A stretch of 64,000 bases of DNA from contig OX597843.1 of NCBI GenBank assembly GCA_951406725.2, positions 19,840,001 through 19,904,000 of the forward strand. The letters run 5' to 3'. A program made the translations under genes and the position numbers. Shown here in pieces: positions 14,367 to 28,690 of the stretch (position 1 is the stretch's first letter; the number at the start of each line of letters is the position of its first letter). The notes under the pieces were generated by a model that searched no databases, was not told the origin of the DNA, and worked only from the letters and a program-made list of their open reading frames with translations. The stretch comes from Octopus vulgaris. Lineage: Eukaryota.

Positions 14367-17300
14367 ACAGGTTACTATATGTCTTTAATGTCACACCGGC
14401 AATTTTTAAACAGCTTATAGATGCAGTGTTAGCGGATAGTGAATTTGCATTTCCATATCTGGATGATATACTCATTAAAAGCGGATCACGGGATCAACAT
14501 GTAGAGCATATAATACATATGTTCGAAAAAAATTAGGGATTACATTGAAAAAGAAAGCGTGATTTCTTTCTGACCGTGATTTCTTTCTGAATACTGAATC
14601 GGCGCAGTAATGCTACATGAATAAAAAGATGGTAACATGAAGGCGGTGGTTCTTGATATCAGCAGAAAATATTACAGCCAAATCAAAAAAGAGGCTCTTG
14701 TAATTATTTTTGCCGTAAAAATTGCATAGATTTTTACACGGCAGAAGTTTTTGAATACAGACAGATCATCGTCCGTTATTATCAGTATATGAGTAAAAGA
14801 AATAAATATCTAGCCGTACTGCTAATAGGCTGCAACGCTGGGGTACTGTATTATTAAACTATGAATTTAAGATAGAGTATATACTATCTAAAAGATTAGG
14901 ACACGCTAATTGTTTATCATGACCGATTTCAGAAAATGCTGAACCATGTGAAGATACCGTGATTGCTACTTTGCGAATAGAAAATGAAATTAAAAGCAAA
15001 CGGTATAACTCCATGCGTGAACTGCTATTTACGTTACAAGACATAAAATTACAATTGGGAAACGATATATTCATTACAAAATGAAAGAAATGCAGAAGTG
15101 TTAAAGAGATAAAAGATATTCGAGCCTATCACGAGCTGTGACAATGTGCTGATGTATGCACAAAGAGTCGTAGTGCCAGCCACACTACAAAAGCAATTAC
15201 TAAAGGAATTTCATATTGAGTCAAAGGGATTTCGATAATGAAATCGTTAATGAGAAGTTAGGTATACTGGCCAACAACGGACTGTAACATTGAAGATATA
15301 GTGATAGTATGCAATACGCTGTTCTCTAGCTCCAAATACACCCGTCACAAAATGGCACCCGTGGCCAAAATCACTTAAGGTTTCATATTTTTTCGTTGTG
15401 GGGGAATGTTTTTCAACGTGGTCTGAAGTGCATAAATGTAGAAAGCAGACATCTCTGGTTACAAATATATTTGATGTTTGTTAGAATAATCAGATCCATC
15501 TTTGATCAGCCGATACCGAGAGAAAATATATAAAAAAAGAAACAATATTTCAAAATTCTTCAAGTTAGGTGACAAAGTGTTTGAAGACCTATAGATATCG
15601 TAAACAAGGCTGGGAGGATGGTACAATTGTTATATAAATTGCAAGAATGATATTCCTGGTAAAAGGTAAAACAAATATCGAACATAAAAGACTTATTAAC
15701 CAACTTAAAACCTGATTCAAGGAAAAATCAGACAAAAGAAGTGAATTTCTCATGAAAGTATTGCACGACACGTTTGAGGTACCAACACAGAAACAATTTG
15801 TAATTACACGTTCTAGCACCAGAAAACGAAACGAATGGAAACACAAGAATTGAGCCCTAAGCATAAGAGATATTAAAATTCTGAGCGATTTTAATTCTCA
15901 AGTGGAGAATTTAGGGGAGACTAATTCTATAAAGGGGAGATGCTGTGGAAAGATTCTGACAATCTTCCAAGTGACTAAAAGTGGTCTGACACATTTCCAT
16001 TACATGGAGAACTGTCTAGTCGTAAGCAACTGATTGTGAAGAATTGATTGGTAAGCATTTCCCTATGATCCGTTGGCAGAGAGCGTCGAGTCTCACGTAA
16101 CAGTAATCGTATTGCGTCGTGTAAATAGCTTCGTTAAATTATATATCCAATACCAGGATATAGAACGTATTCAGGGCCAAACTTAGCACAACACTACGAA
16201 CTGTCAATGGTCACCTGCAGTACAGTCAGTTGTATATTATTAATACATCGCAGAGTGGAAGCAAGTCAGAACTCCCAAAGCTCTTCTCAAAGAATGGGTG
16301 TCATGTGCAACAAGTAAATCCTTATGCTGAGTTATATGGGAACATGCACTTAATTGAACAACAAGAGATTGGAAGTGCCAGGAGTGAAAATTTACAATTA
16401 CGAAAGTGTGAAATACATTTCAAAAGAACGGGATATATAAGGCGCTACAATTTTTCCCCTAGCAATGAAATAACTGCACCCTGAAAACCCTAATTGCCAT
16501 GAGAGAGAAAATAATCTGCAGCGAAATAAGACTTTTGAAAACCGATATATCATTGAATTTCTGAAGGATATGGTGGACAGACATGTATTTGATGTAAGAG
16601 TAACTCATGTCCGTGTCATTGAGTTTCAAAAGAGAGGACTTCCACACTGCCATATGCTCGTAGACAAAGTGAAGATCAGATATGATATAGACAGAATGGT
16701 ACCAGCAGAAATTTCTGATTCAAATGATGACCCCGTCTTACATGATTTAATTTTAAAAAATTCATGAGACTTGGACATTGTGGTGTTTATAACCCCTCAT
16801 CGCAATACATGGGGAATGGCTCTTGCCAAAGGAAGTTTCCGAAGAACAACAGAAATGAGACACTACTAAATATTAATGGATATCCAGAGTACAGGAGGCA
16901 CAATAAAGGGATCACATCACAAGTTGGATGCCATTCTTTTAACAACTGGTATGTCGTTCCATACTATGCTTACCTATTAAAGAAATTCCGAGCTCATATT
17001 AACGTTGAAGTTTGCTCATCTTTAATAATGTCAAGTATATATGCAAGTATGTCTAATACGGTCGTGATAGCGCTTCAGTTGAAGTAAGGAATGATGCAGT
17101 TGCAGAAGGTGGACAGACTCAGCAACCCCAAGGCTAAATCAGAAATTATTTTGCGTGTTGATATGTTTCACCTTCTGAAGCCATGTGGAGAATGCCTACG
17201 TACAAGCTGCATGACTCGTTCCACACTGTCTACAGATTAGCAGTTCACTTTGAAGACCAGCGGAGACTGAGCTTTCACAGAGGTAGCACTTAGCAACCTG

Positions 17301-18030
17301 ATCAAGAACAGAGAGATCGTGACAATACTCTCACTGCATGGTTCAAACTGAATGAGCACGATTAACGGAAGTACTTGTACCCTAACATTCCTATGCGTTA
17401 TGTGTTTAATGAACGTACAAAAACCATGAACACTCAAGAGAAAAATCAATACCATCGGCTGCAGAATGAACACAGTGAGTCCTAAGGACGTAAAAAAATT
17501 TCATTACGATTGCTATTTCGGATGTTCCAGGTGCTAAGCGCTTTGAGAAGTGAGCACTGTAGGAGGTGAAATCTATGCAACATTTAAAGATGCGTACGTA
17601 TGAGTTGGTCTCCTCCAAAATGATGAGGGTTTGGAGCATACTATACTTGAAGCTGCTGCGTATCGGATGCCATTTCAGTTGCGTATTACGTTTGCTGTCC
17701 TCTGCACCTATTCAAGTTCTTCCAATGTTCTTCGCCTGTGGAATACTGACAAGAATTCTATGATGGAAGATTATGCTCACCGAGGGTTGAATGCAGACAC
17801 TACACTTCATAAATTCTCTGTTAATTGAAAATGGCGTTAGCTGGTTTAATATTAGCTTGCTTGAACCAATTGGAATGTAACGGGTTGAGCAGAAAGATGA
17901 CATGAACCACCCACTCATTGCAACCCTTACCAACGAGAAGAAAGGGATCGCCGATGCAGTCATTAAAGACAGTTGGTAAGAAAAGTTTGAGGTGAGATGC
18001 TGGAATCTTTCTATTTCTCTGCTGATTTTC
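10780..18030 (+). mobile_element. Decayed Helitron (family A) interrupted by Gypsy
   Basis: Charged N-terminal repeats at 11.75-12.2 kb. Rep motifs RVIEFQKRGLPHCHML, HCGVYNP and VVPY...KKFRAHINVEVCSS at 16.5-17.05 kb. Confidence 0.82.
12247..16198 (+). mobile_element. Decayed Ty3/Gypsy LTR retrotransposon nested in the Helitron
   Basis: Protease-like LQLDKGSD, RT LDLSDAY...FPYLDD, RNase H YSQIKKEAL, TDHRPL, ANRLQRW and integrase-like VYWP. PPT aaaggggaga (15931-15940) precedes a 3' LTR starting TG at 15941. Confidence 0.88.
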
Positions 18031-18284
18031 CCGGGGGCTGTAACTTCATAAATTCCAATTCAATCCGTACACTTCTGTAAATTTCTTATTTACTTTTGCA
18101 ACGTTTTGTGTTTTGTGTTTGTTGTTGTTGAAGGAATTACTGATAAATGTAATTTCATAATTTACTGCCAGGAGTAACTTCAAACATTTCGCTTAAACCC
18201 GCGCACATAATTAATTTCCCTAAAAATTTCTTATTTACCACATTTGTTTTCAAGTAACCCTCTGTTTTAAATTTCCGGTTTCAT

Positions 18285-20700
18285 AGGATTATGCTTCGTC
18301 ATTCATACGTACCATCCTTGCTACATTCACCCATCTTTCTTAAAACATTCGCTAGACAAAACTTGCCTCTCTGCTCTCACTTTTTTTTTCAAGTGATACT
18401 TGAAGAGATGATACAAGAAGATGTTGAGAGATTGACCAGAGAGGAAAGTGTTTGTCTCCAATCCTTTCATACGCGTCCACCAGATACATTATGTCGCCAT
18501 ATGATGAAAATAGCTCTTCCTTTCTGCTTGAAAGAAAGAGGCGTGACACTATTGACGATAGACTCGGCTGTTTAACTGACTCGTCCCACACGTGACAGAA
18601 GTTGTTCGACATAAGCCCACAGTTCGAAAATGTTTGGACACTGCACGAGTGCGTGCAGAACTGTTTCGTCATTCTGACCGCATCTCGGCCCCGTGTTCCT
18701 CGAGCCGTGTCTGTAGAGCTTATCCCGAAGGAGTAGCGCTTCTCGGTAGCACTGCCAGGTAAAGGATCTCTGGATGCTGTGAATGGGCGCTGGCCCGAAA
18801 GTCGTCCTGAACAGGCGGGTCAGGTATTCCTCGTCGACGTCCAGGTTCGCCCCGAGCTCGTCGTCCCACCTCCCCTCCACTAATCCCCTATAGAATGCTT
18901 TGGTTGTGTTGATGTCACTCATGGTCGACCCGGGACGGCATAGTTGCTTGACAGCAACGGGACACTCGCGGTGCCATTCGCACCTTCTCGGCCTCTTTTT
19001 GATCCACGGCTGCAGTTCGGTCATGGAGATGAGTTCACACCTGTTCACCGTCGTCTACGTAGAGCCTGAGATTTCGCAGTCTCAGCGCGTGTCTGCGCAT
19101 CATCAACCACGGTATGCCCAGCCCTCCTTTTAACGGGTGTTGACAGCAAATGTATCGCCTGACCATCGGGACGCATCCTTTCCTCAAGACGCGAAAGAGA
19201 ATGCGTTCTAGCTTGGTGCTAGTAGGGTCGGGACAAGGCACGACGGTCAGGCGGTTGTAGATGACGTACGCGATGTACGAGTTCGCCACCTCCGCCCGAC
19301 ATTTTAGGGACAATTTCTCTCGGCCCATTGCCGGGCGAGAGTGGCCACCCTGCTCATTATCTCATTCTACTTTTTCTCCATTTGGAGGTCTCGCCCAAAC
19401 CAGACCCCGAGAAACTCGACCGGACCGCCGTCCAGCGTCCCACGACGGAGGCGCTGGTGGACTGCATGGGCTTGCTTCTCCAGGTGCCGAGTCGCAAGCC
19501 CACTGATTTTTCCCGGTTGATTTACGCTCCTGTCACCGCAACGTAGTCTTTCAGTGTCTCACCGACATGCTCGACATGCTCGTGGCTAGACACTATGACG
19601 GTGTCGTCGTCCGCGTATGCCGACACGCTCGTCACGAATCCCAATTCTCGTGGGATGACCCTCACAGCTGGCAGCTTCCGTAATAATGTCTCGAGAGTCA
19701 ATGCGTTCAGAAGCGACGAGAGGAGGCATCCCTGACGGACATAACGTGCAATGTCTAAAGGTTTCTATAGAAGTCCATTTACACGAATTACCGTACGGAT
19801 GCCTGTGTACAAAGCGGCTATCCAGCCGCGGAAGACGGGACCGAATCCAGCCGCTCAGAGGACAGCTTCCAAGTATCGATGGTCTACCCTATCGAAAGCT
19901 TTCGATTGATCCAAATTGATCTGCGCTCCACCCGTACCAGATTCCTTAACTACCCTGTCTATGATGTAGCGCATCAGGTGGCGGTCGTCATGGATGCTCC
20001 GGCCCGGCACGGCGCACGTTTACGCCTTGTCGACCAGTTTCTCGATGACAAGCGCCAACCTCTTGGCTAACACATTGGCCAAAATTTTCAAGTCTGCATT
20101 CAGCAGAGTAATGGGCCCAAAGTTATCTATAACATTCCCCTTGTTTAGATCTTTCTTCAGCAGTGTTACGGCTCCTCGGATCACAAAACCAGGAATGCTC
20201 CAGTTTTGCTGCCAGTTGCAGTACACCGCTGCCAAGACGTCTCCAAAATGTCTGGCATACAACTGTAAAGCTCGTGGTGTAGACAAACAAAACCCGTCGA
20301 TTTGTCTCTCGAGCATTCTGCTATCGCGTCCTGCACTTCCGCCGCCCTGATGGCACCTTCGCAGCGCCCTGCCTCTCTTGTCGAGAATCGTGGAAGGCTG
20401 TGTAGGTAGGTACCGAAGTCCACCCTAAGTTCTTGCTCGCCACTAGTCCCGAACAGTCGGCCAAAATGCTGTTGGAAGGCCTCACACATTTGACTTGGCT
20501 CGAGTAATTCGCGCCCCTGTTCATCTACCAGAGACTGAATGGTGCCATTGTTGCCCTGTTGCGCCTCTGCCACCCGGGCTTCTCTCGCGGCTCTAACGCC
20601 TTCGATCATTAGAGCACGCATCATAGATCTGGCAACACACCCTTCGTGTTTGTCGTTGACGTGTTGGTCGAGGGCCAACCTCGCCGCCAAAACGTCGGAT
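18285..20700 (-). mobile_element. 5'-truncated L1-clade (Tx1-like) LINE ORF2 pseudogene
   Basis: PITLLNADLKILANVLAKRL, DQSKAFDRVDH, VRQGC, VSAYADD and C-terminal RCGQNDETVLHALVQC. Confidence 0.88.
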
Positions 20701-20799
20701 AGATAGATTGATAATTTAGATAGAGCGAGAGAGACAGATAGAAACATACAAAGATACATACATACATACTTATATATACATACATACTTAGATAAAAAG

Positions 20800-21185
20800 A
20801 ATAATTTTAAAAATCGGTATGCTAATCACGTAGCCATCTTCCGACATCAGGAAACAAGCAAAGCTAAGTTCGCTGCCTATTCTTTATTAACATTTTGTAA
20901 TCTTTCCAGCCCTTTAATTTAAGAGCTAAAAAGGATTACACTTTCACCTTTTCTACTTTTTCATTTTTAGATTTTTGTGTTTTCATTTTCTTTTTTTTTT
21001 AACTTTCTACATTTTCTATATGCTATATTCTCAGTTTTCTCAAGTTTCTTCTCTTATTCATTTTTCTTTAGTTCGTAACGATATGTTGTTTGTGCCGGGT
21101 GTATATGTTTGAGATATCCCTCAACATATGAAACTGAACTTAAAGTCAGGTACTGTGTCCATTAAATAAATAAATAGTATATATA
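20800..21185 (+). mobile_element. Probable Penelope 3' remnant
   Basis: FKNRYANHVAIFRH resembles the GIY-YIG helix (FKxRyxnH) and is followed by a T-rich UTR. Confidence 0.4.
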
Positions 21186-21189
21186 TTGT

Positions 21190-21400
21190 TGTTTGTTCAT
21201 TCTCGAGCCATGCCTGGCTCATAAGGGACGGGGCACTGGACCTCTGCCGGTGAGCTGCTAGAAGTAGGAGGAAAGAGTGAGAGAATGTGGTGGAGCTGAG
21301 GAGTTCCGCTCATAAACAAACATCGCATAATCTGAGATTCGAAACCGCGATCCCTCGAGCGCGAGTCTGCTGCTCTAACCACTAGAACTTCTGCCTCCAT
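21190..21400 (-). mobile_element. tRNA-derived SINE
   Basis: Minus-strand head tggaggcagaagttctagtggttagagcagcagactcgcg...ggtttcgaatctc has A/B-box-like motifs and is related to the head at 24857. Confidence 0.7.
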
Positions 21401-21679
21401 ATATATATGCTCATGTGCCTCCATATATATATACATATATACACGATGTTGGACCCGGCTTTACTCGTGTTTTCCGTTTAGAAGTAAAGCCCACCTCTGA
21501 CCTTGTATTGAAATCTTCTACATTCTCTCTACCAACTGTTACCAATTAAGATGTTATATCTGATTCGGCAGGGATTTTACCCGCTTAACGCTTTTGACAT
21601 ACTCCTACATACTGGACCGTCTGAAATAGCAGTGAAACGTTTGGGTGTACTTCGAAACTTTGATTGTGATGTCTGTTTA

Positions 21680-22738
21680 TTTCTCCCCCCTGAATGTCAT
21701 TCTTGGTACAAAATTAAGCAGTGTGTCCAATCTGAGTAAAATCTAAAGAAGAGTGGTAAGTTTATGTCATAAAATAGAATCCATGTGACCATTTACATGA
21801 AAATATTCCATTGACATTTTAATCTCAATACGTTATATAAATAACCGACGTTTTATATATTATAATTTTACACACTGGACAATTTTCTTCAAAATCAGTT
21901 CATTATTTTATTGTGAATGATTTTGACGATTTCTGCCTTTCATCATTTTCATTTTAATGCTACTACATGACTCAGGCCTTAAACTTTACCTAAAAGTCGA
22001 AGTTCATCAAAATCGGATGAATTGTGTAAAAGTTACAGCATAATATACTAATCCTATGTGTGATTGCATACAATAAGCCGATTGATTTTTTAAAACGCAG
22101 TTATCGATTTTTTGTCAACTCTTAATCTGGTATCAACTAATGGACATGAACTGTAATCACGTGTAAAATTTCTACAAAATCGTTAATAATGTCTGTATGC
22201 TCATTTATCTACACTTCATATTTCATTAAAATCGGATGAAAAATATGAAATTTACGGCCAAAAATAAATCCCCTATGGGTATTTGCACGCAAAACGTCTA
22301 TTGATTTTATAAAACCACTGCTCCGGCCCAATTACCATTTTTTTCTCAACGTCATATACTGAAATCAACTCACTGCCATGAGCCTTGCTCACTCATCGAT
22401 TTTCATTAAAATTGGACAAAAAATGCAAAAGCTGCTGGGAAAATAACATCGTTATGGGAATATGCGAGGTTAATGAACACAATTTTAAAATGTCGCCATT
22501 GTTTTCAAATTAGGTTTCACATTTTGTTTGAAAAAATGTGTGGATCACAATGGTGATCACCGATTTCCAAAATTTTTCATTCAAAACTTTTGTTAATGCG
22601 TCGTTCAAAAGCATTGCCCAAAATCGGTACCGATTGGGATTGGGGATTTGAAAAAAATGAAAACACATTCAAACAATTTTTAAAGACCGTCCTGCCATCA
22701 TTTCAAACGTTGAGGTGAAAAAAAAAATTTGAAAATCA
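21680..22738 (+). repeat. Unclassified ~1.05-kb non-coding interspersed repeat (copy at 37120-38210)
   Basis: Collinear homology between the two copies, with recurring ttcat(c/t)aaaatcggat subrepeats. Confidence 0.75.
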
Positions 22739-23369
22739 TCACCAGGAGTGCAGGAGTGGCTGTGTGGTAAGTAGCTCGCTTACCTCATTGAGCATGTGCG
22801 AATCAGAGTTGTGTTTGATACTGAAACTATAAAGACGTGTTTTTGAAGCCGTCTTAAATTGAAGATATTTGAAACTCAGCTGTAAAGTAAGAATTTTTGT
22901 GTGTCTAGTGGGGACCTGTTGTCTACCGCAATTATTATTTGCAAACAAGAAGTCCTCACTGGATTCTAGTCTACCTGTAGCTGAGCGAATATTTTTTCAC
23001 TTAACTGTGAAAATTATTGTTTTTGTGGGCGTATCCTGCCGCAAAATTTTGTTTGAGAATCGTGTTTGTCCAGGAATAACTCTGGGAATTTTTAGAAAAG
23101 ATTTCAACAATATTGTTCCTGTTAAGGATTACCTATGAGAAGAAAATTGGAATGATTTGCGTTAAAATTTTGGCCTGGAGTACCGAGTGTCCTTTGCTGT
23201 GTTTTGAACTGCTGCTCTGTCTTCACCCCTCTTTTATTTAAAAAAGACTCTTTATTGAACTGTTAATTTTTTCTCCTTCCATTTTGTTTAGACTATTTTC
23301 TCTTCCTTCTTTTTCCTTAATTATTTTGTATTTTATGAGGTGTTTTTTTTTACTTTTATTAAAAGAAAC

Positions 23370-24620
23370 ATGGCAAAGAACAATGGAATGTTGGTGGAGT
23401 GGGAATTTATACCACCCAAAATATGATTAAAAGAACTTGAAAGTAAGACGGTGGTTTTGAGGACCTACTCTAGGATCCTCGACGCCATTGCCGTTTTCAA
23501 AAAATATTAACGAAAGAGAGATGGCAGAATTTAAGCCAGCTATTAAGTTTATCACTCGGAGGGTCAAATATGCAACCGTGTGGTACTATTTTACATCCCA
23601 GAAGTGGATTGTGATTTTGCGTGCCAGCTCCTGGAAGGCAATGAAATTTTGTTTCTTCCCACTTATTGTGGGAAGTATTTGACGAGGGCTTGGGTTTGCG
23701 GCTTTCCACCCGGTGCTGAGCCCGAGTGGATAGGAGATACTATCCGCCGGGGTCTGGGTGGCAGTAGCACCAAGCTCTTCAATGTAAATATTCTGCCTGC
23801 GGCTTACTGGGAGGGGTCAAAAGCTGTTTTGACCCTCTGGACCAAGTCAGCCGAAAGTCTTGTATTTCCAGACTTTTTGAGAATCGGCTGGTCCAAGTAT
23901 CCGGTGATGCTTGAGGGAGCCCCCCTCCAAGTGTTATCGGTGCCTGGAGCCTGGCCATATAAAAAATAACTGTCCTCAACTGCAAAGCTAAGTCCTGGAG
24001 CTGTTGACGGAGACCTCTGTAGAAGAAGGAATGCAGGCGGCTTATGAGACAGAGGATGCCTCAAAGAAGAGCCGCAAAAGGAAGAAGGTGAATAATAATG
24101 GGTGCTCACCGAAGGATTCTGGGAATGCGGGAGGGGAGGCACATGTTCCGATCACGGACGAGATGCACCCTCCCCCAGTCAAGAAGCAAAAAGAGGATAA
24201 AGGAGAAACGGGATATTGCCGATAGTCGGAGACATGGAGCCTCATCGGTGGGGGTCGTGCCACTGGCGGGGCGGCGTGGGTAGACACACTTGGTAAGAAT
24301 TTTTCCGCCAATGGTAGGATTGACTACCTCGGACCCGCAGGAGGAAGAACTGCTGTTCTTCTGTTATAGAGGGGAGTGGTGGAAAAGGTGTAGAACACTA
24401 CAACGGAGTACCTTTGGCCTTCGCACGGTAACCCGAATGGCCTCCGCAGATGGCTGTGGAGTTCATAACGTTGTGCATATTTCATAGGGTGTGGGGACTA
24501 AAAGAGGAATATCGCTCGTGACCGGGTGACGCCAACTCGGAGCATACCTTGATTTTAAATGTAGCATGGGCGATGCTGGAGTACACGTACTCAAGCGATG
24601 AAGAGGATTGACAAGAGGTT
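23370..24620 (+). mobile_element. Gag-like ORF1 fragment of a non-LTR retrotransposon
   Basis: CCHC zinc knuckle KCYRCLEPGHIKNNCP at about 23929-23975, after YPVMLEG (frameshifted). Confidence 0.65.
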
Positions 24621-24659
24621 GAAAAGCCTCAGTGTTATAATGTGTAAGAATTTAAGAGA

Positions 24660-27600
24660 TAAAAAGGGAGGCTAAGAGAAATGGTGGTAGTGGTTGTGGG
24701 TGTGGTGGTAGTTAGTATTTCAAATCCCCTATCACATAACGCATGCTCAGAAATGCAATTCCATGAAATATTCACACTTATATACAGTGCCATAAGTACG
24801 GCGTATATATATTTTACAAGTATATATATATAGATATATATATATATATATATGTGTGGAGGTGCAATGGCCTAGTGGTTAGGGCAGCGGACTTGCGGTC
24901 GTAGGGTCACGGTTTCGATTCCTTGTGAGTGTATATTGAGTGAAAACACCTAAAAGCACCACGAGGCTCCGGCAGGGGGTGGTGATCCCTGCTGTACTCT
25001 TTCACCACTCTTTCTCCCACTCTTTCGTCTGTTGACCTGCTAGCTTAGCCAGCGGGGTGGCGTCATTTCAAGGCTAAAACAATGCGAACACATTGTGACC
25101 AGCGATGTGTAGCAACATCTGATGGTCTGGTCGGTCACATGATAATGATGATGGTGATGATGATATATATATATATATATATATATTATAATGAAAGTAC
25201 CAGGAGTGTAAATGTACAATTGCAAAAGTGTGAACTACACTTCAGAAGAAGGGATTATATAAGGGGTTACAATTTTTCCACAAGCAATGAAATAGCTGCA
25301 CCGTGAAAATAGAGACATTCTTGTCTATCCATGGAATACACATGCAGAGCGAATCTCGCAGACATAGTGCCATCTAGTCTCAATGAGTTATCCACTTCTA
25401 TTACCTCATGGAATGTCCGGATGGCACTGTGGGATTCTATATGTGGAGAAACGCAGAACATCCGCTGGCAGACGACTCACGATGTAATTTAGGGTTGCTG
25501 ATTGCAGTACCTAGGGGACCATCAGGCCCAGTTGCTCGTAGAGCAGTACAGTGGACTTATGGACTACATGCAGAGAGGAGCTTTGAAGAAGTGAACACTG
25601 TAGGAGGTGAAATCTATGCAAGATTTAAAGATGCGTACATATGAGTTGGTCTCCTCCAAAATTATGTGATGTTGGAACATGCCATACTAAAGGTGCTGCA
25701 TACATATCGGATGGCATTTCGGCCGCGTATCACGTTTGTTGTCCTTTGCACCTATTCAAATCATTCAAATGTCCTTCGCCTGAGGAACACTCACAAGAAT
25801 ACCATGATGGTAGATTATGCTCAGCGAGGTTTGAATGCATACTCTACACTCTATAAATTCTATGCAAATTGAAAATGGCATTAGCTGCCTTAATATTGGC
25901 TTGTCTGAACCAGTTCGAGTGTAACGGGTAGGGCATAAACATGACATGAACCACCCCGGCATTGCAACCGTTACCGATGAGCAGAGAGTGATCGCTGATG
26001 CATTCATTGAAGACAGTTGATAAGAAAATGTGAGGTGAGGTGCTGGAATGTTCCTGCTTCTATGCAGAGGTTCCTGGAGGTTGGGACAAGAATTACATAT
26101 TTAATACGCTGATCTCACATCTACGAAGGAGAAACTATCAAGTGGTGCGTGCAGAGGCATAGCTTCAACATTGATGTCTGGTGGAGGGACGGTGCACAGT
26201 TTGCGCAAATTGCCCGTTCCTCTGTTGGAAAGTAGCTTTTGCAGTGTACCACCCATCTCTGACCAGAAATTATTTGAGAAATTTGTATTTCATCATTATA
26301 GATGAAGCTTCCATGATCCCTCTTTATGCTTTTCATGCAAATGACAAAGCTCTGAAAGAAATCACTGGCAACAATGGTTTCGGTTGAAAAGTTGTGCTCA
26401 TTGGTAGAGCCTTCAGTCAAGTTCTGCCAATATTGCCAAGAGGAACTCGTGAGACAGTAATTCAGATCTCCATTAAGAACTCTCCTCTCTGGTTACACTT
26501 CAGACATTTATATGTTGAGCCAAAATAGAGCAATAACAGATCGAAGAGAATTTGCAACATGGCCACTACACTTTGACAATGGCACCACAGCTCTTTTGCA
26601 AGATCCAAGTGAGTCAGTGATGATGTAAACGTGCGACGTGATTCATGCTTTAATGGGTCGCTGATAAATAATGCTTTTTGGCAATGCCCCTCAAGAAAAA
26701 AGAACAAGTAGAGCGATCCACTCACCAAAAAGTTCAGACTGCTTAAAGATAAACGAAGGGGTTATGGATAAACTCCAAGGTGACCAGTGTTTTTAATACA
26801 GCATGGATAACGTCTTCACAGATGACCTGCTGAAGCTGAGTGATATCCACTGGAATTTCTGATTTCATGGATACCATCTGGAATGCCACCTCCTAGATTG
26901 CATTTGAAACCTGACTCCATAATCATGCCCCTGAGGAATATTTCAATTGAAAATGGTCTCTATAACGGAACATGACTGGAAGTGGAGGCCCTCAATCAAA
27001 ACTCGATTGAAGCCTCAATAATAAGTGGCACATTGATCGGGGGACGTATTCTCATTCACAGAATAAGGCTGGCACTGAGATACCAAACCCCGTTCGCTTG
27101 ACAATTGCAATGACTATCAATAAATCACATGGGCAGATATTTGATAAACTGGATCTATTCTCTCCTGAACTGCGTATTAATGTTCAGCTATATGTCGTTT
27201 CCCAAGGGCTCACAAACATTATCTGATATTAAAGTTAAAGTTATCAACACTGACAAACAAAGGAAAAGAAGAGGGAGAGGTTACGCGAACAACACAATCT
27301 GTAACGAAGTATTGGATTGAAAGGTGTACGCAAATTGAAATATATATAATCTCTGATGCACCGCCTTTCTTATGAACTACCAACGATGTGGCTTTCAGAC
27401 GATGCCATGTTGCATTAAATTTTCAACCCTATGTTTTACCTATAAAATCATTTTTTTACTATAATATTTTTGTTTTCTTGATATGAATTTGTGACCATGT
27501 AAAATTTAAAATGTAATTTTTTTCTCTCTATGGGGTAAATGGAAAAAATATTAAATTTTTATTTTATGATTGCTGTGTATTAAGTCTATAACATCGTACA

Positions 27601-27805
27601 TGAAGTATATAAAGTACATATATACAGTGCATTAAGTAATCATCGTATTTCAGTTTCCTTCAATTTTCATTGAATAGCAGATGAGAAACATTCTTTTCAT
27701 ACACACACAACACAGTCTACGCTTTCAGATTTTTTGGATAAATTTTTCAGGAGTCACCGAAAAGTTTTATTATTAATTCCGTGGAATATTCATGGATCCC
27801 GCTAC
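24660..27805 (+). mobile_element. Decayed Helitron family A copy with Pif1-type helicase and 3' hairpin
   Basis: 5' part matches 11.2-11.4 kb and 16.37-18.0 kb. Helicase motifs FIIIDEASM, QVLPILPRG, GMPP..LHLK and AMTINKSHGQ. Terminal hairpin ccgtggaatattcatgg (27779-27795) then gctac. Confidence 0.82.
24857..25144 (+). mobile_element. tRNA-derived SINE inserted in the Helitron
   Basis: Head tggaggtgcaatggcctagtggttagggcagcggac...ggtttcgattcc. Tail gatggtctggtcggtcacatgata followed by (GAT)n. Confidence 0.75.
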
Positions 27806-28104
27806 CGAAATAATAAATGCTGAGTATTAAGAATCAGATGAAGTGAGAAAAGAGGACAATGAGAGAGAAGGGTGAGACAATTATGACAATCAATATTATG
27901 ATCGTGATGATGATGACGAAGATGATAATGATGATGATGACAGCGATAATGTTGATCATAAATACGGTGTTGAAGGTTGTTATGATGATGAGGATGAATA
28001 TGACGAGACAGCGGATGAGAATGTTGATATTGATATTATCACTGAATATTCTAACAATTCAGATGAAAAAGAAGAGGTGGAGAACAATAGGATGAAGATG
28101 AAAT

Positions 28105-28690
28105 GAAGAATTCCTGCAGATTACTCAATAGTTCAACGAAGGTATTTTCTTTTTCGTTGATCTTTAGCTTCATGTTAACATCCACTGGGCAGCTGATTTC
28201 CACAAGTGTACACAGTTTCTCTCCTCAATCCCAAATCACCATGTCAGGTCTATTGTGTTTACATTACATTGGGATTTACCCTGGGACATTCCGGCAGCAC
28301 TCCATTTTATTGGTAGCGGTTTTAGCTTGCACCATATTGTGGGATTTTATTTCTTTATCTTTGGAATTATCCTTCCGACGGATTTCATAATACAGTGTCC
28401 TAGCTACATCATGTCACATCGGTAGATTAAATCATGATGGCATTTTCGGACAACTGCTTGTAATATGGGTGATATCTTCGGTGTTACCGCCACGTAATCT
28501 GCATCGGCTGTCACGCTTTACTGTTTTGCCTGTACCTTTGTCCCTTTTGTGCATTAGGTATTTAGTTGATATTTCCTGTTCCTGGATTGCAAACAGATAC
28601 CCTTCAAATTAGGAGATAGTAATCCGGTTTTTGGACCATGTATATATGTATGTACGGATGAACCTACCTTTTATCTCTTCCCTGTACTAG
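28105..28690 (-). mobile_element. 3' fragment of an R4/Dong-like RLE non-LTR retrotransposon
   Basis: CRLRGGNTEDITHITSSC (CCHC-like) followed by HNRPDMVIWD...LVEISCP (restriction-like endonuclease). Confidence 0.72.

Noticed and set aside
24857-24925. tRNA-like sequences here and at about 21330-21400, 36761 and 58775
   Set aside because: They continue into SINE bodies and tails and lack a complete cloverleaf, so they are SINE heads rather than tRNA genes.
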